Of a stretch of DNA of 64,000 nucleotides, positions 54,722 through 63,971 are shown in pieces. The translations under genes and the position numbers were made by a program. Origin of the DNA: Spirochaetales bacterium (GTDB lineage: Bacteria > Spirochaetota > Spirochaetia > Treponematales > UBA12059); NCBI GenBank assembly GCA_016928955.1, contig JAFGJV010000048.1, positions 1 to 64,000 on the forward strand. The letters are read 5' to 3'. Each line of letters opens with the position of its first letter. Position 1 is the first letter of the stretch. The notes under the pieces are model-generated. The model worked only from the letters and a program-made list of their open reading frames with translations. It was not told where the DNA came from and made no database searches.

Positions 54722-56110
54722 TCAGAACGCGCTGACGTTCAGCCTTCCACCCGTCAGGCATTTGCCAGAGAGCGAGGCCGTGGGAACGACGGCAGCCAGT
54801 ATGGCCGCCTTGATCTGCGCGGCTGTTGCCTCAGGATGCGTGGCCGCGTACAGGGCAACGCCGCCGGTCACGTGCGGCGTGGCCATGGACGTGCCGGAAT
54901 ACGACGCGTAGCTGGACGAGCGGCCGTTCTTACTTGGCACAGTGGAATACACGGCCGAGCCTGGCGCGCCCAGGTCCACGCGGGTGGCGCCGTAGTTCGA
55001 GTAGCTGGCCAGGAGGCCGGCGGAGTCTATGGCCGCCACGGATATGATGTTGGCGTTCGGGTAGCCGGCAGGATAGCTGATGGTGGCGTCTATGTTGAGG
55101 CTCTCGTTGCCGGCGGCCGCCACGAACAGGATGTCAGCGGCGTTGGCGCGCTCGATGGCGTCCTGCAGGAGTTGCGAGAAGGCCCCCCCGCCCCAGGAAT
55201 TGTTGGTGGCCGGCAAGCGCAGTCCGTGCCGCAGCTTAAGGTCGGTAAGGTAGTCAACGGCCCTGATGGCGTTCTCGGTGGTGCCGCCTGTTGAGCCGAG
55301 GAACTTGGCCGTGATGATGCGCACGTTCCAGGCTACGCCTGCCACGCCGATACCGTTCCCGCCGATGGCGCCGATGGTGCCGGACACGTGCGTGCCGTGG
55401 TCGTCGGAGCCGCCGTCATAGGTGCTGTTGTTGTTCGCGGCAAAATCCCAGCCGTGGATGTCGTCCACATAGCCGTTTCCGTCGTTGTCGACGCCGTCCA
55501 CGGGATCGTAGGGGTTGGTCCATATCTGCCCCGCCAGGTCCGTGTGGCTGTACATGGCGCCTTCGTCGATCACGCCGATGTGTATCGTCGTCGATCCGGT
55601 GTTGCCCCTGGCCCAGGCCTCGCCAGCCTGGCTTCCGTACTGGTTGGCCGGGGTGGTGGCGTCGCCATACATACCCCACAGCTGGCCGGACGTGTAATAA
55701 GGGTCGTTGGATACGGCGGCGTGCTTGTATACGTAATTCGGCTCGACGATCTCGATTCCAGGCTGGCCCCTGAGCTTGCCAAGCGCCTCAACCACGGACA
55801 GCCGCGTCCGCACCACGTAGAAGCCTTCGTTTTGTCCTAGGCGTTCCATGGCCATGGTCTGGACGGAACGCTGTACAGACGCATAGGCAGCCCCCAAGGC
55901 CCGCCCCCGGGCTTCCGGAGTGGACCCCGGAGCGAATTTGACCAAAAGCTCGCCGGCCACGCAGTCTCCTTCTGGAAGGCTCTCCACGACAAGCCGGACA
56001 TCGGCGTCCGCAGTCGCTTCCGGAATGGCTCCGGGGGCGAGCACGGCGTTGTCGCACGACACGACCGTCACGAACGTGATGAGGATCAGCGCGTACACGA
56101 TTTTCTTCAT
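54722..56110 (-). CDS. S8 subtilisin-like serine protease lipoprotein
   Basis: VVSC lipobox, propeptide, triad VIDEG/HGTH/SGTSMA, AAGN, DNDGNGYVDD calcium loop. Confidence 0.93.
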   Translation of the reverse strand: MKKIVYALILITFVTVVSCDNAVLAPGAIPEATADADVRLVVESLPEGDCVAGELLVKFAPGSTPEARGRALGAAYASVQRSVQTMAMERLGQNEGFYVVRTRLSVVEALGKLRGQPGIEIVEPNYVYKHAAVSNDPYYTSGQLWGMYGDATTPANQYGSQAGEAWARGNTGSTTIHIGVIDEGAMYSHTDLAGQIWTNPYDPVDGVDNDGNGYVDDIHGWDFAANNNSTYDGGSDDHGTHVSGTIGAIGGNGIGVAGVAWNVRIITAKFLGSTGGTTENAIRAVDYLTDLKLRHGLRLPATNNSWGGGAFSQLLQDAIERANAADILFVAAAGNESLNIDATISYPAGYPNANIISVAAIDSAGLLASYSNYGATRVDLGAPGSAVYSTVPSKNGRSSSYASYSGTSMATPHVTGGVALYAATHPEATAAQIKAAILAAVVPTASLSGKCLTGGRLNVSAF

Positions 56111-56265
56111 GGCATCCCTCTACACAGGTTGGCTTGCGCGGCAACCAGGGCCGCGCGTATTCAGTAAGCCATACCTCTGCAGAGCGGAAGGAGTTGCGGG
56201 ATTTCCCGCCGAATGAAAATTATATAACAGAATTGGCGGACTGGGACCGTCCCAGGTGCGCCATA

Positions 56266-56589
56266 CTACATCATGGCAAAGGCCAGGGCGACGAGGGCGG
56301 CGCCGAGCGCCACAACGGCTACAATCCACATGAACACGGGTACGGGCGGCGCGGGCTCCTTGGGCGCCCGTATCTCCGGCGTCGCGAAGGAACCGGGGGC
56401 GTTGAAATCACCCGAGTGCCCGCACACGGGGCACCCGGTCCTGAAACGCTCGGGGTCGCCTGAGAACCCGCACTTCGGGCACAGCACGGACGTGAATATG
56501 CGCCCGCAGTCTGGGCAGACCTTTGTGTCCCTGCCCACCTCGGCCCCGCAGTGCTGGCAGTAATAACGGGGCTGGTTCCTGGCTTTCAG
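56266..56589 (-). CDS. Double zinc-ribbon membrane protein
   Basis: Four CxxC motifs and a C-terminal TM helix; probable CTG start overlapping the fmdB stop. Confidence 0.7.
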   Translation of the reverse strand: MKARNQPRYYCQHCGAEVGRDTKVCPDCGRIFTSVLCPKCGFSGDPERFRTGCPVCGHSGDFNAPGSFATPEIRAPKEPAPPVPVFMWIVAVVALGAALVALAFAMM

Positions 56590-56885
56590 GCGCTTTCCTT
56601 TGCCTTTGCCGCGTCCTTTGCAGCGGTGCCGCCAGAAGACGTATCGGCAGGGGGCGCCGCGGGACTTGACGGAGCCTTTGTGTCCTTGCCTGCGGCGCTG
56701 TTTTTGCCCTTGGAATCGTTCACGTAGAATCCGGACCCCTTGAAGATGACCCCTGAGCCGCCGAATATCAGGCGCCGGACTTCCTTCCCGCACTCCGGGC
56801 AGGTTTTTATGGGCTCGTCGGACATGTTCTGAAATACCTCAAAGCTGTGTCCGCAGGAACGGCACTCGTATTCATAGGTAGGCAT
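56586..56885 (-). CDS. FmdB-family zinc-ribbon protein
   Basis: MPTYEYECRSCG..CPECG..FKGSGFY; GAGGTG RBS. Confidence 0.92.
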   Translation of the reverse strand: MPTYEYECRSCGHSFEVFQNMSDEPIKTCPECGKEVRRLIFGGSGVIFKGSGFYVNDSKGKNSAAGKDTKAPSSPAAPPADTSSGGTAAKDAAKAKESA

Positions 56886-57112
56886 ATCCACCTCGCGCTG
56901 CGTTCGTATGTGATGTTTGCTCGGTCGTACGGGCGATCATCCATGACCGGAGGGCTCAAGGCCCGCCTATCCGGGAATCACGACCAATATAACGAAAAGC
57001 CAGGCGTTTCGTAAAGGCCGCCCGCTGGCCCTGGCTGCCTTGAATCCTTTTGACGGCGGCCGTCCCGGCGCGCACCACCGCGCTACATTTTTCTTCAAAA
57101 CAAACGGTACAC

Positions 57113-57141
57113 TTGCCCGTGCGCCCCGCATGCGCTAGTCT
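57113..57141 (+). promoter_or_regulatory. sigma70-type promoter upstream of the small ORFs
   Basis: TTGCCC-N17-TAGTCT. Confidence 0.5.
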
Positions 57142-57195
57142 CCAAAGCGAGCCAGGCCGCATGGCCGGCGCAGCACAGCCTGCAAGGAGGTCCGC

Positions 57196-57261
57196 ATGAT
57201 CAACTATTCGTACCGGTCGGCCGGATGCCTGGCTGTCTGTCGCGGGCTCTCCCGCTTCTGA
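57196..57261 (+). CDS. Candidate 21-aa peptide MINYSYRSAGCLAVCRGLSRF
   Basis: AAGGAGGT SD 4 nt before the ATG, downstream of a promoter-like sequence. Confidence 0.4.
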   Translation: MINYSYRSAGCLAVCRGLSRF

Positions 57262-57495
57262 CCGCCTCCCGCTTACCGTACACCCCTCCATTACTATGAG
57301 CGCCCGTTCGCGGATCTAGGTCCGGTCGGGCATCCACCGTGCGCGCCGGCATACAGCGCCTCGAAACGCTTACCGTGTTTCGATCGTCTGCCAGAGCCGG
57401 GCGCCAGGACAGGGCGGCCAGCTGCCGTCCGGAAACCCGCCAGCGGCGGGGAGCATTCTATGCGTATATCGATACACTGCGGAGGACAGGCTCGT

Positions 57496-57702
57496 ATGGC
57501 CGACACAGGAGCGGCCATAGCCTGGGAACAATTCTACCAAGGGGTATTCGCCGCGCTCGGAGCGCGGGCGACCCTTGTCATGGCCGGTGCCCAGTCGGGG
57601 CCGGCAGGCGCGCGCGGCACGCATGAAGCCGGCGCGCCGGACGGAAGGCACGGCGGCGCCCAGGGCGTTCACGCGGGGCGCCGCCTCGGCAAAGCGGCAT
57701 GA
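57496..57702 (+). CDS. Candidate 68-aa small protein
   Basis: GGAGGA RBS at 57481; MADTGAAIAWEQFYQGVFAALG...RRLGKAA. Confidence 0.45.
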   Translation: MADTGAAIAWEQFYQGVFAALGARATLVMAGAQSGPAGARGTHEAGAPDGRHGGAQGVHAGRRLGKAA

Positions 57703-57759
57703 ACGGTCAGGCAACCGGTCAAGGTTGACCTGGATACCGGCGCGGTTTAGGCTGTGAGC

Positions 57760-58590
57760 ATGAAATGGGAAAACGGTCGCAGAAGCGACAATGTTGAAGA
57801 CCGGCGCTCTTCCCGGGGAACCGTCGGCAAGGTGGCCGGCGGCGCCATAGTCGTCGCCATACTGGCCTTCGTACTGACGGGCGACCCGAGCGCCCTCCTG
57901 AACGGCCTCCTGGGCGGCTCGGGAGGCGTGGAAACCACCCAGGAAGCATCCAGCCCCGAGCAGGACCGCCTTGCGGACATGTGCTCGGTGGTGCTGGCGG
58001 ACACGGAGGACACCTGGCACAGGCTGTTCGCCGCCATGGGCCTGACCTACGAGGAGCCGGGTCTGGTCATATACTCGGGCTACACAGAGTCGGCGTGCGG
58101 CGCGGCCGACTCGTCCACCGGGCCGTTCTACTGCTCGGGCGACAAAAAGGTGTACATAGACCTGGTGTTCTACCGGGAGCTGGAATCTCGCTTTGGGGCT
58201 CCGGGCGATTTTGCCCAGGCATACGTGATAGCCCACGAGGTGGGACACCACGTGCAGAAGCTCCTTGGAGACCTGGACAAGGTGCACCGCCTGATGGCCT
58301 CAAGCTCCCAGGAAGAAGCCAACGAGCTGTCGGTACGGCTCGAGCTTCAGGCTGATTTCTACGCCGGTATATGGGCGCACTACGCGGACAAGTCCAGGGG
58401 GCTGCTGGAGCGCGGCGATCTTGAGGAGGCGCTCGGAGCCGCGGCCGCCGTGGGCGACGACAGCATCCAGAAGCGCTCGCAGGGCTACGTGGAGCCTGAT
58501 ACCTTTACCCACGGGACCAGCGCCCAGCGCCTGGCCGCCTTCAAGCTGGGCTACGAAACAGGCGACCCAAGCGCCCTGACCTTGTTCTGA
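57760..58590 (+). CDS. YpfJ-like neutral zinc metallopeptidase
   Basis: RRSDNVEDRR, GPFYC, AHEVGHHVQ, ELQADF, FTHGTS. Preceded by TTGACC-N17-TAGGCT-N6-ATG. Confidence 0.92.
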   Translation: MKWENGRRSDNVEDRRSSRGTVGKVAGGAIVVAILAFVLTGDPSALLNGLLGGSGGVETTQEASSPEQDRLADMCSVVLADTEDTWHRLFAAMGLTYEEPGLVIYSGYTESACGAADSSTGPFYCSGDKKVYIDLVFYRELESRFGAPGDFAQAYVIAHEVGHHVQKLLGDLDKVHRLMASSSQEEANELSVRLELQADFYAGIWAHYADKSRGLLERGDLEEALGAAAAVGDDSIQKRSQGYVEPDTFTHGTSAQRLAAFKLGYETGDPSALTLF

Positions 58591-58602
58591 GCGCGCCGGT
58601 CA

Positions 58603-58635
58603 CGGCGGGCGGCCGAGCGCTCAGGCCGTCCGCCG
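58603..58635. terminator. Stem-loop between convergent genes
   Basis: CGGCGGGCGGCC...GGCCGTCCGCCG. Confidence 0.45.
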
Positions 58636-58651
58636 CACGCGCGTCGTCGCT

Positions 58652-59788
58652 TTATCTCTTGGTCAAACCGCCCAGATATTCCTCTATGAATTCCCGGGGC
58701 GACAGCTCCCGGTTGAGTATGCGGTACACGCCCTTGCATATGGGCATGGGAATTTTCCGCGCCGCGGCTATCTTGCGCACGAACATGCTGGCCGGGGCTC
58801 CCTCCGGCAGGTAGCCCAGCTCGCCTATGCGCTTCATGAGGTCGTCCGCATCCTTGAAGGGCTCAAGGACGTTCTTCTCGACAATCTCCCTGCCAAAGCG
58901 CCGGTTGCGTCCGTGCACTGAGCGGCAGGTCACGTCCAGGTCGCCCACGCCGGCTATGGACGTGAAGGTCTCTGGGTGCGTGGCCCCCAGGGCCTGCCCA
59001 AAGCTCTGTATCTCGTTCAGGCCGGCGGCCAGGAGCAGGGACTCCGCGTTGTCGCCGAACACCTCCGACTGGGCCTTGAGGGCGTCCATCATGCCAAAGG
59101 CTATGGCGACGATGTTCTTGACGGCTCCGCACACCTGCACGCCCACAACGTCCAGGGACGGGAAGACGAACAGCGACTTGGACTGCAGAAGCTCCCGCGC
59201 TCGTATGGCGTTCCTGCCGTTTGAGGACGCCGCCGCCAGGCCGGTGATCAGCCCCCTGGACACCTCCTCTGCGTGGCTCGGCCCGGACACGTATACCAGG
59301 GCGCCCCGGTAAAAGCCCGGCAGGTAGTCCTCCAGGGTCTCGACAATCAGGCGCGGTCCGCGCTCTGTCTCGATAAAGCCCTTGGTCAGGACGACGATGA
59401 GCGAGCGGCCCTCCATGATGTTCGGCGCGGTCAGAATGCGCTTGACCGTGCCCAGAAGGTAGGGCGATGGCACGGCCAGTACCAGGGCGTCCTTGTCCGT
59501 GGCCGCCGCCAGGGGATCGGCGGTGGCAACAAGCGCGTCTGGCAGGCGCACGCCGGGCAGATAAAGCTCGTTGACATGCCGCTGGTTGATGGCCTCGACG
59601 GTGGCCGGCTCAAGGGCCCACAGGCATACGTCATGGCCGTTTTCCGCCAGGGACTTGGCCACTGCCGTGCCCCAGGCGCCCGCGCCTATCACGCCTACCT
59701 TCTGGGGCCTGCGCCGGCCAAAGCTCGGCAAGGACGGAAGGCGCCAGCGTTTGGGCGGCTTGTCCGGGTCGACCACCGCGTTAGGCAT
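58652..59788 (-). CDS. gpsA: NAD(P)H-dependent glycerol-3-phosphate dehydrogenase
   Basis: GAGAWGTA, AVPS, TKG, SGPSHAEEV, KNIVAIA, GVGDLDVTC, RNRRFG. Confidence 0.95.
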   Translation of the reverse strand: MPNAVVDPDKPPKRWRLPSLPSFGRRRPQKVGVIGAGAWGTAVAKSLAENGHDVCLWALEPATVEAINQRHVNELYLPGVRLPDALVATADPLAAATDKDALVLAVPSPYLLGTVKRILTAPNIMEGRSLIVVLTKGFIETERGPRLIVETLEDYLPGFYRGALVYVSGPSHAEEVSRGLITGLAAASSNGRNAIRARELLQSKSLFVFPSLDVVGVQVCGAVKNIVAIAFGMMDALKAQSEVFGDNAESLLLAAGLNEIQSFGQALGATHPETFTSIAGVGDLDVTCRSVHGRNRRFGREIVEKNVLEPFKDADDLMKRIGELGYLPEGAPASMFVRKIAAARKIPMPICKGVYRILNRELSPREFIEEYLGGLTKR

Positions 59789-61568
59789 GGGCTTGCTCCA
59801 CAAGGCGCTCGAACTCGGCCACCTGGTCGGCGAACACCTTGACGCCAGAACGCCAGAAATCGGGGGTTTCTATGTTGAAGCCCGCCGAACGGCACACGTC
59901 AACGGCGTTTGCCCTGCCTGTCTGCACCAGAAGGGTGCGGTACGCTTCTGCAAAGGCTGGTCCCTCGCTCCGGTAGCGGGCGTACAGGCCAAGGCCAAAG
60001 AGCTGGCCAAAGGCGTAGGGGAAGTTGTAGAAGGCCAGCTCCGGCCGGTAATAGTGACTCTTGACCGCCCACATATACTGGTGCAGGGCGTCCGGGTCCA
60101 AGCCGTCGCCATAGGTCCTCTTCTGGGCGTCAAGCATGAGCTGGCTGAATTCGTCCGGCGACAGTTCGCCTTTGGTCCTGCGCTCGAACACGGCACGCTC
60201 AAAGTAGAAACGGGACAGGATATCGACCAGCACCTGGCAGCCGTCCTGGAGGCGGGATTCCAGGAGCCCCAGCCGCTCGTCGCCCGTGGCCTTTGAGAAA
60301 GCGTCCTCGAACACGATGGTCTCGGCAAAGATGCTGGCCGTTTCGGCCAGGGTCATGGGATATTGAGTCAGGGCGTAGGGTTGGTCTTTCAAGGTCCATG
60401 CGTGGTAGGCATGCCCCAGTTCATGGGCCACGGTGGTGAGCGACGAGAAACTGCCTTCAAAATTGCACAGGACGCGGGCCATGCGCGCGCGCGGGAAGTC
60501 TATGCAGTACGCTCCCCCGACCTTGCCTTCCCTCGGCTCTGCGTCTATCCACGACTGCTTGAAAGCCATGGCGGCAAAATCGCCCATATCCTTGGAGAAG
60601 GCGGTGAACTTCTCCACCACAAAGGCCTTGGTCTCGTCCCAGGTAAACGTGCGGTCGGACGCTCCCACCGGCGCGAACAGGTCGTAAAAAGCGCAGGACG
60701 GCAACTTCAGGAGCCGCGCCTTGGCCTTGAGGTAGCGCCTCCATACCGGCAGGGATTCCTCTATGGCCAGAATCAGGGAATCCAGCGTTGCGCGGCTGAT
60801 GCGGGCCTGGGCGGCTGCCTTGTCCAGGGCCCCGTCCCAAGCGCGGCGCTTGTCCAGGCTTATGGACCAGCCCTTGACGCCGTTGAGCGACGCGGCCAGG
60901 GGTGTCTCCACGCCTTTCCACGCGTCGAGCTCCAGGCGGTAGGCTTTTTCCCTCACTGCACGGTCCGGATCGAACGCCATGGACCGTAGCTGCACCAGGG
61001 TCTTGCGCTCGCCGGTGGCTGGATCCCAAACGGCGCCGGTTATGCTGGAAACGCTCTCCTGGAGGCGTTCCCAGGCGTCGCCGCCGGAACGCGCCAGGTC
61101 AGCGGCCAGGTCCTCAAGCTCGGGCGCCATCTGCTTGGTCTGCCAAAAGAGCGCTTCCTCGATGATGAAGCGGTAGTCCGCCAGGTCGGGCTGGGAAGCC
61201 ACCAGCTTGAGTACCTCGTCGCGCCGCGCGGCCAGGGAATTTTTCATGGCCACGGAGGCACGCTTGAGCGGCAGGGACAGCTCTTCCACGGCGTTGAGCT
61301 CGGCCATGGCCTTGTCGTCCCGCGTGTTTGTGGAATAGTTGGAATAGGCGTACGCGCCCAGGGTCTCGGCCAGGGAGCCGGCCGTGTTCTGTATGTCCAA
61401 AACCGAGCGCAGCCAGGCCAGGGTGTCGGCTCCGGGCTCCGAGCAGAGCTTCTCGGCGTCGGCGGCCAGCCGGGCAAGCTCGGCCTTGGCGTCGCGGTAC
61501 TCGGCCGAGTCAAACGAGGGGAAAATGGGACTCAGGTCCCAGCGGGGAAGCGTTTCAGAGCCACTCAT
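59781..61568 (-). CDS. pepF: M3B oligoendopeptidase F
   Basis: PRWDL, GKVGGAYC, AHELGHAYH, LAETASIFAE, FYNFPYAFG. Confidence 0.93.
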   Translation of the reverse strand: MSGSETLPRWDLSPIFPSFDSAEYRDAKAELARLAADAEKLCSEPGADTLAWLRSVLDIQNTAGSLAETLGAYAYSNYSTNTRDDKAMAELNAVEELSLPLKRASVAMKNSLAARRDEVLKLVASQPDLADYRFIIEEALFWQTKQMAPELEDLAADLARSGGDAWERLQESVSSITGAVWDPATGERKTLVQLRSMAFDPDRAVREKAYRLELDAWKGVETPLAASLNGVKGWSISLDKRRAWDGALDKAAAQARISRATLDSLILAIEESLPVWRRYLKAKARLLKLPSCAFYDLFAPVGASDRTFTWDETKAFVVEKFTAFSKDMGDFAAMAFKQSWIDAEPREGKVGGAYCIDFPRARMARVLCNFEGSFSSLTTVAHELGHAYHAWTLKDQPYALTQYPMTLAETASIFAETIVFEDAFSKATGDERLGLLESRLQDGCQVLVDILSRFYFERAVFERRTKGELSPDEFSQLMLDAQKRTYGDGLDPDALHQYMWAVKSHYYRPELAFYNFPYAFGQLFGLGLYARYRSEGPAFAEAYRTLLVQTGRANAVDVCRSAGFNIETPDFWRSGVKVFADQVAEFERLVEQAHA

Positions 61569-62004
61569 CGTTGCCGTCCTTCCATGGTTGGATGTCTTCG
61601 TTCGAGAAAAACAAGGCTATTTCCCTGGCCGCGCTGGCCGGCGAGTCGGATGCGTGTATCAGGTTTCTCTGGGTACGGCAGCCAAAGTCGCCGCGTATGG
61701 TGCCCGCCGGGGCTTCTGCCGGAGCCGTGGGCCCCGCCAGGGAGCGCAGGGCTCCTATGGCGTTTTCTCCCTCCACGACCAGGGCCAGTACGGGCCCGCT
61801 GGTCATGTAGTCGATCAGGCCGGCGTAAAAGGGCTTGCCCAGATGCTCGGCGTAATGGCGCTCGGCCAGGCCCCTGTCTATGGTCATCATTTTGGCCGCC
61901 ACAACGCGGAGGCCCTTGCGTTCCACGCGCGACAGTATCTCGCCCACCAGGCGGCGCTGGAGCGCTCCCGGCTTGATCATGGAAAATGTGCGCTCAACGG
62001 ACAC
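61555..62004 (-). CDS. ndk: Nucleoside diphosphate kinase
   Basis: ERTFSMIKP, HYAEH, MTSGP, GTIRGDF, NLIHASDS; GTG start after GGAGGG. Confidence 0.96.
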   Translation of the reverse strand: MSVERTFSMIKPGALQRRLVGEILSRVERKGLRVVAAKMMTIDRGLAERHYAEHLGKPFYAGLIDYMTSGPVLALVVEGENAIGALRSLAGPTAPAEAPAGTIRGDFGCRTQRNLIHASDSPASAAREIALFFSNEDIQPWKDGNDEWL

Positions 62005-62145
62005 TGACGGTCCCTCCCTGTGCGGCTCGCCGGACATGGCCGGCCTTGCCGGTATATGCTTAAAGCCCATACTACCCGAACGTAGAAGCCGGGGCAACGC
62101 CCCGGGGCGCTTGTACCGCTTTCCAGGGCGTGCTAGCCTTGGGGC

Positions 62146-63126
62146 GTGAACGTAGAATTCCACTATTACGCCATACACGCCCTGGCCCTTGAGGCCGGCT
62201 TTGACGCTGACACGGCCAGGATCATGGCCTCAGCCTCCCAATACGTCGACACGTCGACCACGGCCCTGGCGTTCGACGCTCCACAAGGCCGGGTGGACGT
62301 GGCCGTGACCCAGAATTACGTGTTCTGGGACGACTCGGTGCGGCGAGACATCTACCTGCCCTTCCACTTCCTGCCTGGAGAGCCCCAGGTCAGCTCTGCC
62401 CTGCGCAAGGACGGCGCGTCCAACCCATACGCGGTCACGGCAAACAGCACCCTGGCAAAGGAGCTGCTGGTGGGCGCCTTCAGGGACAAGGATCCGTACA
62501 TAATGGGCGTGGCCCTCCACGCCTTTGCCGACACCTGGGCCCACCAGAACTTTGCCGCGCAATCGGCGTCCTGGAACGAGCTGGACTCGGGCATGTCCGC
62601 CCTGGGCCTACCGGCTGCAGGCCACCTGCACGCCCTGTCCGCTCCGGACGAGCCGGACAGGACCTGGACGGACAGCCGCCTTGTGCCCGCCGAGCGGACC
62701 GTGGTCAACACGCGGCGTTTCGCCGACGCGGCGCGGAAGATTTTCCGTTACTTCAGGGTATTCCTGGGCAAGCCCTTTGACGACGACGACTTGGTTGTCG
62801 AGCGCCTGGCGTCCATCTGGGCGGATCCGTCCAGGGACGGGCGCCTGGCCGAGTACTGCATACGCTACGACCTTGGCCCCTGGGACGCCCAGTCGTGGCG
62901 CCTGGCGGCCGGCGCGCCTCCTGACCGCTCCCCGCTTGCGGGGGTGCGCCACTACGACAAGCTGGCATGGGCCAAGGCCGAGCTGGCCCGCGCCCTGCGA
63001 GGCGGCCTGAAAGCCATACCCGTGTCGTCGTCCTTGTACCAAAGCGAGCTCTATCAGTGGCACCAAGCCGCCACGGAGTACCGCCTAAGGGCCCAGGCGG
63101 CCCTGGCCAAACGGGGGCTGTTGTGA
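62146..63126 (+). CDS. DUF6765-like hypothetical protein (His-rich putative metal site)
   Basis: EFHYY, SQYVD, PFHFLPG, LHAFADTWAHQNF, GH. Preceded by TTGTAC-N17-TAGCCT-N6-GTG. Confidence 0.7.
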   Translation: MNVEFHYYAIHALALEAGFDADTARIMASASQYVDTSTTALAFDAPQGRVDVAVTQNYVFWDDSVRRDIYLPFHFLPGEPQVSSALRKDGASNPYAVTANSTLAKELLVGAFRDKDPYIMGVALHAFADTWAHQNFAAQSASWNELDSGMSALGLPAAGHLHALSAPDEPDRTWTDSRLVPAERTVVNTRRFADAARKIFRYFRVFLGKPFDDDDLVVERLASIWADPSRDGRLAEYCIRYDLGPWDAQSWRLAAGAPPDRSPLAGVRHYDKLAWAKAELARALRGGLKAIPVSSSLYQSELYQWHQAATEYRLRAQAALAKRGLL

Positions 63127-63971
63127 ACACCCGTGCGCGCGCGGCGGGTCCGCTGTTCCTGCTCCTGGCGCTCGCGTCCTGCGCGTCCGGCCCGTCCCTG
63201 CCCTCGGACGCCGAGCCCGAACGCCTCCTGCCAGCTGGCGCCCTGGCCTACGCCAAGCTGGACCGCGAGCTGTTCAGGGCGGCCGCAGCCGCTCTTGGCG
63301 GCCCCGACGCCGCGCGTTCGGCCAAGGCCCTTGTGGACCGCACGGACACCGTGTGGGTGGCCGTGAGCGCTCAGTCGTCTGGCGATCCCGGCCTGCTAGC
63401 CGTGGCCAGGGGACGCTATCCCTCCGCTGGTTCCTTGGCTTTGGCCCTGCGTTCGGGCTGGCACAGGGACGGCCTATCGTGGGCGCAGGACTCGGGTCCC
63501 TTCCGCGTTGCGTCCGCCGGCACCAAGGCCCTGGCCTTTGGCACGGTGGCCCTGGACGGCGTCCTGAGCGCGATCACGATGCCCGGGCCCCATCCCATTC
63601 CGGACGATTGGCGCGCCGCCTGGGACGCGGACGTGGCCGTGTTCGTGCCCCGGCCCCTGGCCAGTCTTGCCGGTTCCCTGGGCATGGATCCGGACGCGGC
63701 GCCCCTGGAGGCGGCCATGGTCGCGGCCAGGCAGGACGGAGACGCCTACCGCGCGGAGCTGGTGTTCGGTTTCGCCGACGAGCGTTCGGCCAGGATATTC
63801 GCGCCCCTGTGCAGGCTCATCCTCTACGGGGCCGCGCACAGCCTGTGGTCGCCCCGGGCCAATGACATACTGTCAGCGGCCGAGTGGACCGTAGCAGGCC
63901 GGCGGGTCACGGCGCATGATTTCAGCCTGGATGCCGCCGAACTGGCCGCCTTCCTCACAGCCCTGCAATAA
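63123..63971 (+). CDS. Hypothetical lipoprotein
   Basis: LLLALASC lipobox; GTGA overlap with the upstream gene. Confidence 0.7.
   Translation: MNTRARAAGPLFLLLALASCASGPSLPSDAEPERLLPAGALAYAKLDRELFRAAAAALGGPDAARSAKALVDRTDTVWVAVSAQSSGDPGLLAVARGRYPSAGSLALALRSGWHRDGLSWAQDSGPFRVASAGTKALAFGTVALDGVLSAITMPGPHPIPDDWRAAWDADVAVFVPRPLASLAGSLGMDPDAAPLEAAMVAARQDGDAYRAELVFGFADERSARIFAPLCRLILYGAAHSLWSPRANDILSAAEWTVAGRRVTAHDFSLDAAELAAFLTALQ

Noticed and set aside
56890..56990. Structured RNA upstream of fmdB (GGTCGT/ACGACC pairing)
   Set aside because: The 5' arm lies between the putative -10 (TATATT) and the expected TSS; no recognised RNA family motif.
56890..57500. tRNA, tmRNA, RNase P, SRP or 6S RNA in the long gap
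   Set aside because: No T-loop/CCA end, GAGGAAAGTCC or SRP loop motif recognised; a divergent 6S RNA cannot be excluded without Infernal.
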